From positions 1,582-65,581 of the forward strand of contig NZ_JBDTQE010000006.1 of the NCBI RefSeq assembly GCF_039932285.1: a stretch of DNA of 64,000 nucleotides, in the 5' to 3' direction. Origin of the DNA: Flavobacterium sp. GTDB lineage: Bacteria > Bacteroidota > Bacteroidia > Flavobacteriales > Flavobacteriaceae. Each line of letters begins with the position of its first letter. Within the stretch, counting starts at the first letter, position 1. Shown piece by piece: positions 28,753 through 38,346 of the stretch. The translations under genes and the position numbers were made by a program. Under the pieces are notes generated by a model. That model made no database searches, had not been told where the DNA came from, and worked only from the letters and a program-made list of their open reading frames with translations.

Positions 28753-28787
28753 CTTCATTTAATCTTCATCTAACAGAAATACTTTTG
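28753..28787 (+). promoter_or_regulatory. CTTCAT-N5-CTTCAT tandem repeat plus -7 box (TACTTTTG) for small peptide 1
   Basis: CTTCAT at 28753 and 28764; TAnnTTTG at 28780-28787. Confidence 0.75.
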
Positions 28788-28827
28788 GTTTATAAATAAT
28801 TCAATTTATAAATTAAAACCCAATGTC

Positions 28828-28995
28828 ATGAAAAAAGTATTTTTGTTAGCAGCATTATTTTTAGGAACAACTGCAATGGTAAACGCACAAACTGAACCAG
28901 CTAAAAAAGAAGTAAAGAAAGAAGCTAAAGCAACTAAAAAAGTTGTAAAAAAAGAAGTGAAAGCTACAACAGAGGCTGTAAAGGCAAAAAAATAA
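28828..28995 (+). CDS. Small exported Lys-rich peptide 1 (55 aa; not in the ORF track)
   Basis: MKKVFLLAALFLGTTAMVNA|QTEPAKKEVKKEAKATKKVVKKEVKATTEAVKAKK, with its own promoter and terminator. Confidence 0.8.
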   Translation: MKKVFLLAALFLGTTAMVNAQTEPAKKEVKKEAKATKKVVKKEVKATTEAVKAKK

Positions 28996-29017
28996 TTAAA
29001 CTTGTTTAACTGCTTTG

Positions 29018-29047
29018 AAACCGACAAAATTATTTGTCGGTTTTTTT
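29018..29047 (+). terminator. Rho-independent terminator
   Basis: AAACCGACAAA-atta-TTTGTCGGTTT followed by a T-run. Confidence 0.85.
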
Positions 29048-29172
29048 GTTGCTTTAAACTTAAAACTCCTCTAAGAAATCCAGCTTAAAACATAAAAATA
29101 AGTTAACATACTTATTGTGTATTGAAAAGAAGGCGATTACTTCATTAACTTTAATCAAAAATATATAAAATT

Positions 29173-29709
29173 ATGAAGACAGACACCCAGAATATTCTAA
29201 AATCCGAAAAAAATCAACTAGTAAAACTTCAAAATATAGTAAATAATACTATTGATGAAGAAAAGTTAATTATAAAAAATTTGCTACATCAACCCGAAGA
29301 AATACTTACAAAAGGGCAATCTATTTCGGATAAAGTAGCATCATTTGGAGGAAGTTGGAAATTTATCATTCTGTTTGGCATCGTTCTTTTTGTATGGATT
29401 TTATTTAACACAATAACACCTAAAATATTTAATTTTGATCCGTATCCATTTATTTTAATGAATCTTATTTTGTCTTGTATTGCGGCATTACAAGCTCCAA
29501 TTATTATGATGAGCCAGAATAGACAAGAAGAAAAAGACAGAAAACGAGCAGAAAATGATTATTTAATTAATTTAAAATCTGAATTAGAACTAAGGAGTCT
29601 GCATCAAAAAATTGATTTACTTTTAGAAGAACAAATCAAAGTTTTATTTGAAAGTCAAGCAAAACAACTTGAAATTTTAAAATCGATCGAAAAAAAGATT
29701 AAAATATGA
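29173..29709 (+). CDS. DUF1003 membrane protein
   Basis: VASFGGSW, FDPYPFILMNLILS and QAPIIMMSQNRQ are diagnostic DUF1003 motifs. Confidence 0.9.
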   Translation: MKTDTQNILKSEKNQLVKLQNIVNNTIDEEKLIIKNLLHQPEEILTKGQSISDKVASFGGSWKFIILFGIVLFVWILFNTITPKIFNFDPYPFILMNLILSCIAALQAPIIMMSQNRQEEKDRKRAENDYLINLKSELELRSLHQKIDLLLEEQIKVLFESQAKQLEILKSIEKKIKI

Positions 29710-30380
29710 ATATTCTTATTGTAGAAGATAACATAGAATTAGCAAAAGAAGTAAGTCATTTTCTTTCTAATTCAGGACATATTTGCAAAATTTCAAACAA
29801 TTGTAATGAAGCGTATGAAGAAATAAATAGTAATGATTATGATGTTATACTATTAGATTTGGGCTTACCAGATGGAACCGGATTCGATATTCTTAAATCC
29901 GTTCGAAAAACGGCTTCTAAAACGGCAATCATTATCATTACAGCGCGAGGCGAACTTGACGATAGGATAAATGGTTTGCATTTAGGAGCCGATGATTATC
30001 TCACCAAACCGTTTGCGCTTACCGAACTTCAAGCGCGATTATTTGCGGTAATTAGACGAATTCATGGGTTCACAAATAATGAATTAAAAGTGCATGATTT
30101 CAGTATTCAATTGCAAGATTACAAAGTTAGTTTTAATGATATTTTAATCAATTTAACCAAAAAGGAATTTGATATTTTTCAGTATTTAGTTTTAAATAAG
30201 AATAGAGTAATTACCCGTTTACAACTTACTGAGCATGTTTGGGGAGATATTCTTGAGGTTAATTCTGATTCTAATTTTATCGATGTTCATGTGCGTAATC
30301 TGAGAAAAAAACTAGACAAACATTCTAAAATAGATTGGTTTGAAACCGTTAGAAATGTAGGTTATCGAATAAACATTTAA
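29706..30380 (+). CDS. OmpR-family response regulator
   Basis: LIVED, LLDLGLPD, GADDYLTKPF and a winged-helix C-terminus (ETVRNVGY). Confidence 0.92.
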   Translation: MNILIVEDNIELAKEVSHFLSNSGHICKISNNCNEAYEEINSNDYDVILLDLGLPDGTGFDILKSVRKTASKTAIIIITARGELDDRINGLHLGADDYLTKPFALTELQARLFAVIRRIHGFTNNELKVHDFSIQLQDYKVSFNDILINLTKKEFDIFQYLVLNKNRVITRLQLTEHVWGDILEVNSDSNFIDVHVRNLRKKLDKHSKIDWFETVRNVGYRINI

Positions 30381-30383
30381 GAA

Positions 30384-31715
30384 ATGAAAATAAAGCACCA
30401 ACTTGCCATTTTTAATGCCATTTCGAGATTAATTCTCATACTAATATTATGGTTTGTATTGCCTATTTTGGTTCAAAAAGTAGTTTATCATAACACAAAT
30501 AAAAATTTACTAGAGAAGAAAGAAAAGTTTGTAAAAAACCTTGATAAACAAGAAATTTATGATTTTATAGTTAGAAATGACACGACCGAAACGTATTCCA
30601 GTTTTTCGACTTTACATAGCGAGTTTTTACAATTATATCAAATATCGAAAGAAGATTTTTCGAAAAAAGATCTTTTTTTGAAAGAAAACCGCACCATCGA
30701 AAATGAAGAAAATGAATATTTAATTCTGCAACATGATTTTGTTTATGACAAAATATTCTACGAACTCGAAATTGGTTCAAATCTTTCCGAAATTAACGAT
30801 TTTACACATGTAATTCGGCTTTTTATCATCGCAGTATTGCTTGTAATAGTCGTTTTTACTTTCTTGATTGATACTTTTTATATCGAATATTTACTAAAAC
30901 CTTTTTATAAAATTATTGATAAAAAAATTCGTCATGTAAATGAACCCGAAAATTTTGACAGTGCTCCAATTATTGCTCATTCTTCCGATTTTCAGGAGTT
31001 AGACACTGTTCTTAACGAAATGATGAACAGAATTAATGACCTTTTCAAAAAAGAAAAACAATTTATTGCTAATGTTTCACACGAATTATTAACACCAATT
31101 GCATTGTTAAAAAGCAAATTTGAAAACTTAATTCAAAATGAATCGCTCGATGACAATGCAATAGATAAAATTTCTAGTTCGCTAAAAACGCTAGATTTAT
31201 TAAAGAAAGTCATTAATAATTTGTTGTTAATTTCTAGAATTGAAAACAATCAATATTTAATAAATGAAAAAGTTAATTTGGAAGAATTGTTTTCGGAATT
31301 AATAGAAAATTTAGAAGATCGAATTAACGAAAAAAAATTAATTGTAACAAAAAACATCAAACACGAAATTAATTTTACAGGAAACAAAACCCTCATGCAC
31401 GTTTTGTTATACAATTTATTAGTAAATGCTATAAAATACAATAATCAAAACGGAAATATTTCCATTTCAGACGAATTTGTAAACGAAAAATACTGCGTTA
31501 TAATAAAAGACTCAGGAATTGGAATCGATGAATTACAGTTAAAAAATATTTTTGAGCGCTTTACTAGATTTAGTCACAATCACGAAGGACATGGTTTAGG
31601 GCTCGCAATTGCTAGTAGTATTGCTCACTTTCATAAGGTAGAAATCAATGTTATTTCAGAACCTAATATAGGAAGTTCTTTTTGCCTAATATTCCCTGAT
31701 TTCGGTAAAAGTTAA
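30384..31715 (+). CDS. Sensor histidine kinase
   Basis: Two TM helices flanking a periplasmic domain; H-box FIANVSHELLTP; N-box NLLVNAIKY; G boxes DSGIGI and GLGL. Confidence 0.92.
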   Translation: MKIKHQLAIFNAISRLILILILWFVLPILVQKVVYHNTNKNLLEKKEKFVKNLDKQEIYDFIVRNDTTETYSSFSTLHSEFLQLYQISKEDFSKKDLFLKENRTIENEENEYLILQHDFVYDKIFYELEIGSNLSEINDFTHVIRLFIIAVLLVIVVFTFLIDTFYIEYLLKPFYKIIDKKIRHVNEPENFDSAPIIAHSSDFQELDTVLNEMMNRINDLFKKEKQFIANVSHELLTPIALLKSKFENLIQNESLDDNAIDKISSSLKTLDLLKKVINNLLLISRIENNQYLINEKVNLEELFSELIENLEDRINEKKLIVTKNIKHEINFTGNKTLMHVLLYNLLVNAIKYNNQNGNISISDEFVNEKYCVIIKDSGIGIDELQLKNIFERFTRFSHNHEGHGLGLAIASSIAHFHKVEINVISEPNIGSSFCLIFPDFGKS

Positions 31716-31736
31716 ATTTCTCTTAAGCCTTATAAT

Positions 31737-31771
31737 CTTCATCTAAACTTCATTTTCTGATTATACATTTG
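31737..31771 (+). promoter_or_regulatory. CTTCAT-N5-CTTCAT tandem repeat plus -7 box (TACATTTG) for small peptide 2
   Basis: CTTCAT at 31737 and 31748; TAnnTTTG at 31764-31771; same spacing as at 28753. Confidence 0.75.
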
Positions 31772-31832
31772 ATTTATAATTATGGGGACAATAATTATAA
31801 AACTAAAAAAATAACCATTAAATCTAAAAAAG

Positions 31833-32003
31833 ATGAAAAAATTAGTAATGTTAGTTGCAGTAATAGGATTTTCTGCAATGTCTTTCGCTCAAGATGCTTC
31901 GGCTACAAAACCAGCTAAAAAACACCACAGAAAACACCACAAAACTGAGATGAAAAAAGAAGCTGCTGCAAAACAAGAAATGGCAACTCCAGCAAAAAAA
32001 TAA
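31833..32003 (+). CDS. Small exported Lys/His-rich peptide 2 (56 aa; Asr-like; not in the ORF track)
   Basis: MKKLVMLVAVIGFSAMSFA|QDASATKPAKKHHRKHHKTEMKKEAAAKQEMATPAKK. Confidence 0.8.
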   Translation: MKKLVMLVAVIGFSAMSFAQDASATKPAKKHHRKHHKTEMKKEAAAKQEMATPAKK

Positions 32004-32053
32004 TTTAATTTTCTAATTGCTTTGTATTAAGGTTAAGCTATTAAATCATGAAG

Positions 32054-32096
32054 GATAGTATTCGAAAAGTGTTTTCGAATACTATCTTTTCTTTTT
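32054..32096 (+). terminator. Rho-independent terminator
   Basis: Perfect 15-bp stem GATAGTATTCGAAAA-gtg-TTTTCGAATACTATC followed by TTTTCTTTTT. Confidence 0.85.
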
Positions 32097-32176
32097 AATA
32101 AACATCTCAAAAAATCGAATAAATTATTTTAGATTGAATCAAGATTTAAAGTAATTTTGCAAATCAAAACAATCAA

Positions 32177-32947
32177 ATGTTACTAATAGATACTCATACC
32201 CATTTATATTCCTCAGAATTCGATTCCGATCGAGACAAAATGATTCAGAATGCGATTTCAAAAGGAGTTTCTAAACTTTTTATTCCATCGATAGATGCTA
32301 GTTATACTCAAAAAATGTATGATTTAGAGGCAAAATATCCTGAAAATATTTTTCTAATGATGGGTTTGCATCCGTGTTATGTAAAAGAAAATTATCTCGA
32401 AGAATTGCAACATATAGAAACTGAATTAACGAAAAGAAAATTTTCTGCTATTGGCGAAATTGGTATAGACTTATATTGGGACAAAACCACTTTAGATATT
32501 CAGAAAAAAGCTTTTCAGTACCAAATACAATTGGCAAAAAAGTATAAATTACCGATAAATATTCATGGACGCGATGCTTTCGATGAAATTTTCGAAGTCC
32601 TTGAACTTGAAAAAAGTGACGATTTGTTTGGGATTTTTCATTGTTTTTCAGGAGATTACGAACAAGCTTTAAAAGCTATTTCTTATAATATGAAACTCGG
32701 AATTGGGGGTGTTGTCACTTTCAAAAACGGAAAAATAGATCAGTTTTTACATCAAATAGACATTGAAAATATCGTTCTAGAAACCGATTCTCCTTATCTT
32801 GCACCCGCTCCTTTTCGTGGAAAACGAAATGAAAGCGCTTATGTAACTTTGGTTGCCGAGAAATTATCGGGAATTTACAATCTTCCAGTAGAAGAAATTG
32901 CTAGAATTACGACTAAAAATGCTTTGTCCATTTTTAGAAACTGTTAA
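32177..32947 (+). CDS. tatD: TatD family hydrolase
   Basis: IDTHTHL, GLHP, IGEIGID, FHCFSG, LETDSPYLAP and RGKRNE motifs. Confidence 0.95.
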   Translation: MLLIDTHTHLYSSEFDSDRDKMIQNAISKGVSKLFIPSIDASYTQKMYDLEAKYPENIFLMMGLHPCYVKENYLEELQHIETELTKRKFSAIGEIGIDLYWDKTTLDIQKKAFQYQIQLAKKYKLPINIHGRDAFDEIFEVLELEKSDDLFGIFHCFSGDYEQALKAISYNMKLGIGGVVTFKNGKIDQFLHQIDIENIVLETDSPYLAPAPFRGKRNESAYVTLVAEKLSGIYNLPVEEIARITTKNALSIFRNC

Positions 32948-32998
32948 TTATATTTGAAAAAAAAATCCGTTCTTTGTAGGAATAATTTAAGTTACAAC

Positions 32999-34132
32999 AT
33001 GTCAAAATTTGATAATATTCGTCCTTATTATGATGCCGAAGTAAACCAAGCTTTACAAGCATCTTTAAAACATCCTATGCTTAAAGCAATGATGAATTTT
33101 GCTTTTCCAGGAGTTGATGATGAAGTCTGGAAAAATCAACTTCGTAAAACGCATTCTATAAGAGATTTTCAATGTAATTTTATATACGAAACTATTCAAA
33201 AAGTACTTGAAAAAAGTTCCGAAGGTCTTTCTACGTCAGGTTTCGAGAAATTAGAAAAAAATACAGCTTACCTTTTTATATCAAACCATCGCGATATAAT
33301 TTTGGATACTTCTTTGCTAAATGCCGCGCTTTTCGAACATGAATTAGTTATGACAGCATCTGCAATTGGAGACAATTTAGTAAAGAAAGATTTTTTGAAA
33401 TCACTTTCAAGATTAAATCGAAATTTTATTGTTCAAAGAGGATTATCACCAAGAGAATTGCTGCAAAGTTCACATTTAATGTCGGAATATATTGAGCGAT
33501 TATTATTACACGAAAACCGTTCTGTCTGGATTGCGCAACGTGAAGGAAGAACAAAAGATGGTAATGATGCAACCAATTCTGGCGTGCTAAAAATGCTAAC
33601 GATGGCTTCCAATAAAGATGCTATGGATTATTGTAAGGAAATAAAAATAGTTCCCGTTTCTATTTCTTACGAATATGACCCTACCGATGCACTAAAAATG
33701 CCACAACTTATGGCAGAAGCCAATCAGGAAACCTACGTTAAAAGTGGGAATGAAGATTTTCAAAATATTTTGAGCGGCATTCTGGGTCAGAAAAAACGAA
33801 TTCACATACATATTGGGGATATTTTAGATGCTGAATTAGATATAATTAAAGAAGAATTTTCAAATACAAATAAGCAAATTCAGGCTTTGACACAAATTGT
33901 TGACGAATCGATTTTGAAGTCTTATAAATTGTGGACAACAAATTTTATAGCTTACGATATATTATATAAAACAGACGAATTTTCGAACCATTATACCGAA
34001 AATGAAAAATCATTATTTGAACGTCGTTTAGAGCTAAAAATAGATGCTAAAAACACACAAATGGTAGAAAGTTTCCTTGCTATGTATGCCAATCCTGTAG
34101 TGAACAAAATGAAATATAATGATGCTGTCTAA
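32999..34132 (+). CDS. Glycerolipid acyltransferase (PlsC/GPAT superfamily)
   Basis: HxxxxD motif SNHRDIILD and IAQREGRTKDG; likely start MSKFDNIRPY at 32999. Confidence 0.85.
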   Translation: MSKFDNIRPYYDAEVNQALQASLKHPMLKAMMNFAFPGVDDEVWKNQLRKTHSIRDFQCNFIYETIQKVLEKSSEGLSTSGFEKLEKNTAYLFISNHRDIILDTSLLNAALFEHELVMTASAIGDNLVKKDFLKSLSRLNRNFIVQRGLSPRELLQSSHLMSEYIERLLLHENRSVWIAQREGRTKDGNDATNSGVLKMLTMASNKDAMDYCKEIKIVPVSISYEYDPTDALKMPQLMAEANQETYVKSGNEDFQNILSGILGQKKRIHIHIGDILDAELDIIKEEFSNTNKQIQALTQIVDESILKSYKLWTTNFIAYDILYKTDEFSNHYTENEKSLFERRLELKIDAKNTQMVESFLAMYANPVVNKMKYNDAV

Positions 34133-35150
34133 AGCCAATATACTTCTCATATATACGGGCGGAACCATAGGAATGGTAAAGGATTTTGAAACTGGTGTTC
34201 TCAAGGCGTTCAATTTTAAGAAATTACTAAAAAACATTCCCGAACTCAAATTATTAGACTGTAATATCGCAACAGTTTCGTTCGACAAGCCTATCGATTC
34301 TTCGAATATGAATATTGAGAAGTGGAAAAAAATAGCGATTATTATCAAAGACAATTATGATAATTATGATGGTTTTGTTGTTTTACACGGATCAGACACC
34401 ATGTCATATTCCGCATCAGCATTAAGTTTTATGTTAGAAAACCTAAACAAACCAGTTGTTTTTACAGGTTCTCAATTGCCTATTGGAGATTTAAGAACTG
34501 ATGCTAAAGAAAATCTAATCACAGCTATTCAAGTTGCATCGCTAAAAAACAAAAACAAGTCAATCATCAATGAGGTTTGTTTGTATTTCGAATACAAATT
34601 GTATCGTGGCAATAGAACCACAAAAATAAGTGCCGAACATTTTAGTGCTTTTGCTTCGCCAAATTTCCAAGCATTAGCAGAATCTGGGGTTCATTTGAAT
34701 GTTAATGAAAATATTTTATTAAAAAATACATCTACTAAAAAACTAAAAGTAAACACCAATTTTGATGACAATGTAGTCATTATTAAAGTTTTCCCCGGTA
34801 TTAATGAAAAAGTGATTCAAACTATTTTATCCATTTCAAATCTAAAAGGAATCGTATTAGAAACCTATGGTTCAGGCAATGCTCCCACCGAAAAATGGTT
34901 TATCAATTTACTTGAAAACGCCATCAAAAACGGATTGTATATTATAAATGTAACCCAATGTTCAGGTGGAAGTGTCAATATGGGTCAGTACGAAACTAGT
35001 TCACAACTCAAACAAATTGGTGTTGTCTCGGGAAAAGATATCACTACCGAAGCAGCTATTACAAAACTCATGTATTTGTTAGGACAAAAAGTAGCGCCAA
35101 ATGTATTCAAAACCATATTTGAAACTTCTTTGCGTGGCGAGATGAATTAA
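34119..35150 (+). CDS. ansA: Type I L-asparaginase
   Basis: IYTGGTIGM, LHGSDTMSY, FTGSQLP and ETYGSGN motifs. Confidence 0.93.
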   Translation: MMLSKANILLIYTGGTIGMVKDFETGVLKAFNFKKLLKNIPELKLLDCNIATVSFDKPIDSSNMNIEKWKKIAIIIKDNYDNYDGFVVLHGSDTMSYSASALSFMLENLNKPVVFTGSQLPIGDLRTDAKENLITAIQVASLKNKNKSIINEVCLYFEYKLYRGNRTTKISAEHFSAFASPNFQALAESGVHLNVNENILLKNTSTKKLKVNTNFDDNVVIIKVFPGINEKVIQTILSISNLKGIVLETYGSGNAPTEKWFINLLENAIKNGLYIINVTQCSGGSVNMGQYETSSQLKQIGVVSGKDITTEAAITKLMYLLGQKVAPNVFKTIFETSLRGEMN

Positions 35151-35205
35151 TACAATAATTGTTTACTTCTCAAGAAATTTATTCTTTTATTTGCAAAATA
35201 TAAAG

Positions 35206-35290
35206 AGAGGGGTGGCCGAGTGGCTGAAGGCGCACGCTTGGAAAGCGTGTATATGGCAACATATCGTGGGTTCGAATCCCATCTCCTCTG
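35206..35290 (+). tRNA. tRNA-Ser(GGA)
   Basis: Acceptor AGAGGGG/CTCCTCT, anticodon arm CACGC-TTGGAAA-GCGTG, long variable arm, T-arm GTGGG-TTCGAAT-CCCAT; CCA not encoded. Confidence 0.95.
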
Positions 35291-35292
35291 CT

Positions 35293-35325
35293 AAAAAAAA
35301 CCTAAATGTAAGTTTAGGTTTTTTT
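35293..35325 (+). terminator. Terminator after the tRNA
   Basis: A8-CCTAAA-tgtaag-TTTAGG-T7. Confidence 0.8.
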
Positions 35326-35687
35326 GTTTTTTCATACTTATTCTATTTATGGGTATGGATTGTAAATTTGAGTTATCGAGTTAAAACTAAATGAAATAAA
35401 ATTTTTAATTAATCAGTTAGGTGTAGCTATTTGAACAATATCAATCTATTTTATTTAAAATTTTTTAACTTTGATAAAATATCAATTTATGTTCAAAAAT
35501 AAAAGAGAGCTTTTCTTGTTGTTTTGGAAGGAATATACCCTGATCAATTGCTTTAAATCTAGTCATTTATTTAGCACATGATGTAATAAAAAAGCATATT
35601 TCGAAAGATTGGTAAATAATAAAAACCAATTTTATAAAATGGAAGAATATCTTTATATTTGCAAGACTAAACAAGTACAAAACCGCA

Positions 35688-36395
35688 ATGAAATACAAAA
35701 GAATTCTTCTAAAATTAAGCGGCGAAGCGCTAATGGGCGACCGTCAATATGGAATAGATCCAAAACGTTTAGCAGAATATGCTGATGAAATAAAACAAAT
35801 TCATGATTTAGGAGTTCAAATAGCTATAGTTATTGGAGGAGGAAATATTTTTAGAGGTATTGCAGGTGCTAGTAATGGCATGGATAGAGTTCAGGGAGAT
35901 TATATGGGAATGCTTGCTACGGTTATAAACGGTATGGCTTTGCAAGGGGCACTCGAAGAAAAAGGTATGCTTACTCGTTTGCAAACAGCTTTAAAAATCG
36001 AAGCCATTGCTGAACCTTACATCAAAAGAAGAGCAGTAAGACATTTAGAAAAAAATAGAATTGTAATTTTTGGAGCAGGAACAGGAAATCCTTATTTCAC
36101 AACCGATACAGCGGCAGTTTTAAGAGGTGTTGAGGTAAATGCAGATGTCATCCTCAAAGGAACTCGTGTAGATGGTATTTATTCTGAAGACCCAGAAAAA
36201 AACAAAGACGCCGTGAAATTTGATTACATTTCATTTGAAGATGTAATCAAAAAAGGTTTAAATGTAATGGATACCACGGCATTTACCTTAAGTCAAGAAA
36301 ATAAATTACCTATTATTGTTTTTGATATGAATAAAGAAGGGAATTTACTTAAAATTTGCAAGGGAGACAATATAGGAACAGTAGTAAATATATAA
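35688..36395 (+). CDS. pyrH: UMP kinase
   Basis: [21 protein letters not shown] and PYFTTDTAA motifs. Confidence 0.98.
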   Translation: MKYKRILLKLSGEALMGDRQYGIDPKRLAEYADEIKQIHDLGVQIAIVIGGGNIFRGIAGASNGMDRVQGDYMGMLATVINGMALQGALEEKGMLTRLQTALKIEAIAEPYIKRRAVRHLEKNRIVIFGAGTGNPYFTTDTAAVLRGVEVNADVILKGTRVDGIYSEDPEKNKDAVKFDYISFEDVIKKGLNVMDTTAFTLSQENKLPIIVFDMNKEGNLLKICKGDNIGTVVNI

Positions 36396-36466
36396 TACAA
36401 TTATTAGATTATTAGAGAATTCGATTTTTCAAAAAATTTAACAATCCAAAAATCCAACAAAATAAA

Positions 36467-37030
36467 ATGACTGAAGAAATTGAATTTATACTAGATAGTA
36501 CAAAAGAATCTATGGAAGGTTCTATTGCTCATTTAGAAAAAGAGTTTTTAAATATTCGCGCAGGAAAAGCTTCTCCAGCTATGTTAGGAAGTGTTTTTGT
36601 AGATTATTATGGCTCGGCAACACCACTTTCGCAAGTAGCAAAAATTAGTGTGCCAGATGCTAGAACAATTACATTGCAACCTTTTGAAAAAAATATGTTA
36701 CAAGTAATTGAAAAAGCAATTATGATAGCCAATATTGGCTTCAATCCAATGAATAATGGAGATGTTATCATAATTAGTGTTCCGCCACTAACTGAAGAAA
36801 GAAGACGTGAATTAGCAAAACAGGCTAAAACTGAAGCCGAAGATGCTAAAATAGGTGTTCGTAACGTTCGTAAAGACGCTAATTCGGATATCAAAAAATT
36901 AGAAAAAGACGGAACATCTGAGGATATTTGTAAAACAGCCGAAGAAAGCGTTCAGAAACTAACCGATACCTTTATCAGAAAAATAGATGAATTATTAGTT
37001 GTTAAAGAAACAGAGATAATGAAGGTTTAA
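36467..37030 (+). CDS. frr: Ribosome recycling factor
   Basis: IRAGKASP and VPPLTEERRREL motifs; follows pyrH. Confidence 0.98.
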   Translation: MTEEIEFILDSTKESMEGSIAHLEKEFLNIRAGKASPAMLGSVFVDYYGSATPLSQVAKISVPDARTITLQPFEKNMLQVIEKAIMIANIGFNPMNNGDVIIISVPPLTEERRRELAKQAKTEAEDAKIGVRNVRKDANSDIKKLEKDGTSEDICKTAEESVQKLTDTFIRKIDELLVVKETEIMKV

Positions 37031-37050
37031 CTTTTACTAACAATTAGTAC

Positions 37051-37090
37051 AAAATACCGTTAAGTTTGAAAAAACTTAACGGTATTTTTA
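37051..37090 (+). terminator. Terminator of pyrH-frr
   Basis: Perfect 17-bp stem AAAATACCGTTAAGTTT-gaaa-AAACTTAACGGTATTTT. Confidence 0.85.
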
Positions 37091-37186
37091 TATTAAATAG
37101 AAAATAATGGTTTTGTATTGATATTTTTAATATTTTTGATATCCTTACAACATAAATCTATTTTTGATTTTTAAAATTCACCTACG

Positions 37187-38269
37187 ATGAATGTAAAAAA
37201 AATACTTCTTAATGCTCTTTTTTTATTATTCTTTTTTCAAAGCGCATTATTCTCGCAAGAAACTACCGAAAACTTATTTGCAGGAATCGAAATTGGTAGT
37301 AAAGGTATAAAAATGTCCGTTTTAGATGTCAAAAATATTAAAAGAGGGGATTTTGTCATTAAGTCTTATTGGTCTGAAAATGTTGGTATTGCACGAGGAA
37401 TAGCTATAGATGGTAATTTAGCTAAAGAAGATATTGAAAAGACGGCATTAGTAGTTTTATCTAATTATTCAAAAATTAAAAATGATTTTAAAGTAACTGA
37501 CGAAAATATTTTTATAGTTGGATCTTCTGGAGTTGCAATGGCAAAAAATACTCAAGAATTAGCTGATAAGATAAAATTATTAACGAATAAAACATTAGAT
37601 TTTATTGATGCGCAGACAGAAGGAAAAATGCTGCTAAAAGGTTGTGTGCCACCTTCAGACTATAAAGATTCTATGATTTTGGATATAGGTGGAGGAAATA
37701 CTAAAGGAGGATATATCGATGTAAGAAATAATGATGCTTTTGTATTTTTTCCATTAAGTGTAAGTTACGGAACCATAACATTAACAGAAGCGGTAATAAA
37801 AAAAACAAGAAAAGATGACATTTCAGAATATAATGAAAAATCATTTGGATTTCTTCCTACATTAAGAGATCAGATAAATGCCATGTATGGCACTAGTCCG
37901 GTAGCTTTAGAGAAAGAAAAAGTATTCATGTCCGGTGGTGCAGTGTGGGCTTTTTACACGCTTTATAATGGTGTTGCTAAAGAAACCTTTAATAAATTTA
38001 ATCTAGAGGATGTTCTTAATTACGATGCGATTTTAAAAAATAATTTTAGAAAATTTGAAGAATTAGCAAAAACTGACAAAGATGCAGAGCGTGTTTTAAA
38101 AACCTATTCGCAAAAATATTTAATCTCAGGAAGTAATATTCTTCTAGTTTGTCTGGAAGCAATTCCAGAGATCAATGATAAAAAGTTATATTTTGCTAAA
38201 GAAGGCCAGATAGCATGGTTAGTATCTTATATTGCCGACAGGTCTAAGAAAATTAAAAAAATTTACTAA
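37187..38269 (+). CDS. Exported Ppx/GppA-like (ASKHA-fold) phosphatase homologue
   Basis: Signal peptide ending ALFS|Q; IEIGSKG, TEGK and LDIGGGNT motifs. Confidence 0.65.
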   Translation: MNVKKILLNALFLLFFFQSALFSQETTENLFAGIEIGSKGIKMSVLDVKNIKRGDFVIKSYWSENVGIARGIAIDGNLAKEDIEKTALVVLSNYSKIKNDFKVTDENIFIVGSSGVAMAKNTQELADKIKLLTNKTLDFIDAQTEGKMLLKGCVPPSDYKDSMILDIGGGNTKGGYIDVRNNDAFVFFPLSVSYGTITLTEAVIKKTRKDDISEYNEKSFGFLPTLRDQINAMYGTSPVALEKEKVFMSGGAVWAFYTLYNGVAKETFNKFNLEDVLNYDAILKNNFRKFEELAKTDKDAERVLKTYSQKYLISGSNILLVCLEAIPEINDKKLYFAKEGQIAWLVSYIADRSKKIKKIY

Positions 38270-38346
38270 ATTGATTAAATTATAACAAAAAAACATCAGT
38301 ATAGACAGAGTCCCCATAATGTCTAATTGATAAAAAAACAAATAAC

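Noticed and set aside
28567-28773. 68-aa ORF as an independent gene
   Set aside because: It is a frameshifted fragment of the decayed effector copy at 28295-28731.
28806-29027. 73-aa minus-strand ORF
   Set aside because: It is antisense to the plus-strand signal-peptide ORF 28828-28995, which has its own promoter and terminator.
29140-29160. Third CTTCAT site before DUF1003
   Set aside because: It is a single CTTCAT with no 11-bp-period partner and no -7 box at the conserved spacing.
35206-35290. tRNA-Ser as the integration site of the T6SS island
   Set aside because: No integrase or duplicated tRNA 3' end was seen, and housekeeping genes separate the tRNA from the T6SS locus.
35191-35394. 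67-aa ORF
   Set aside because: It overlaps tRNA-Ser and its terminator.
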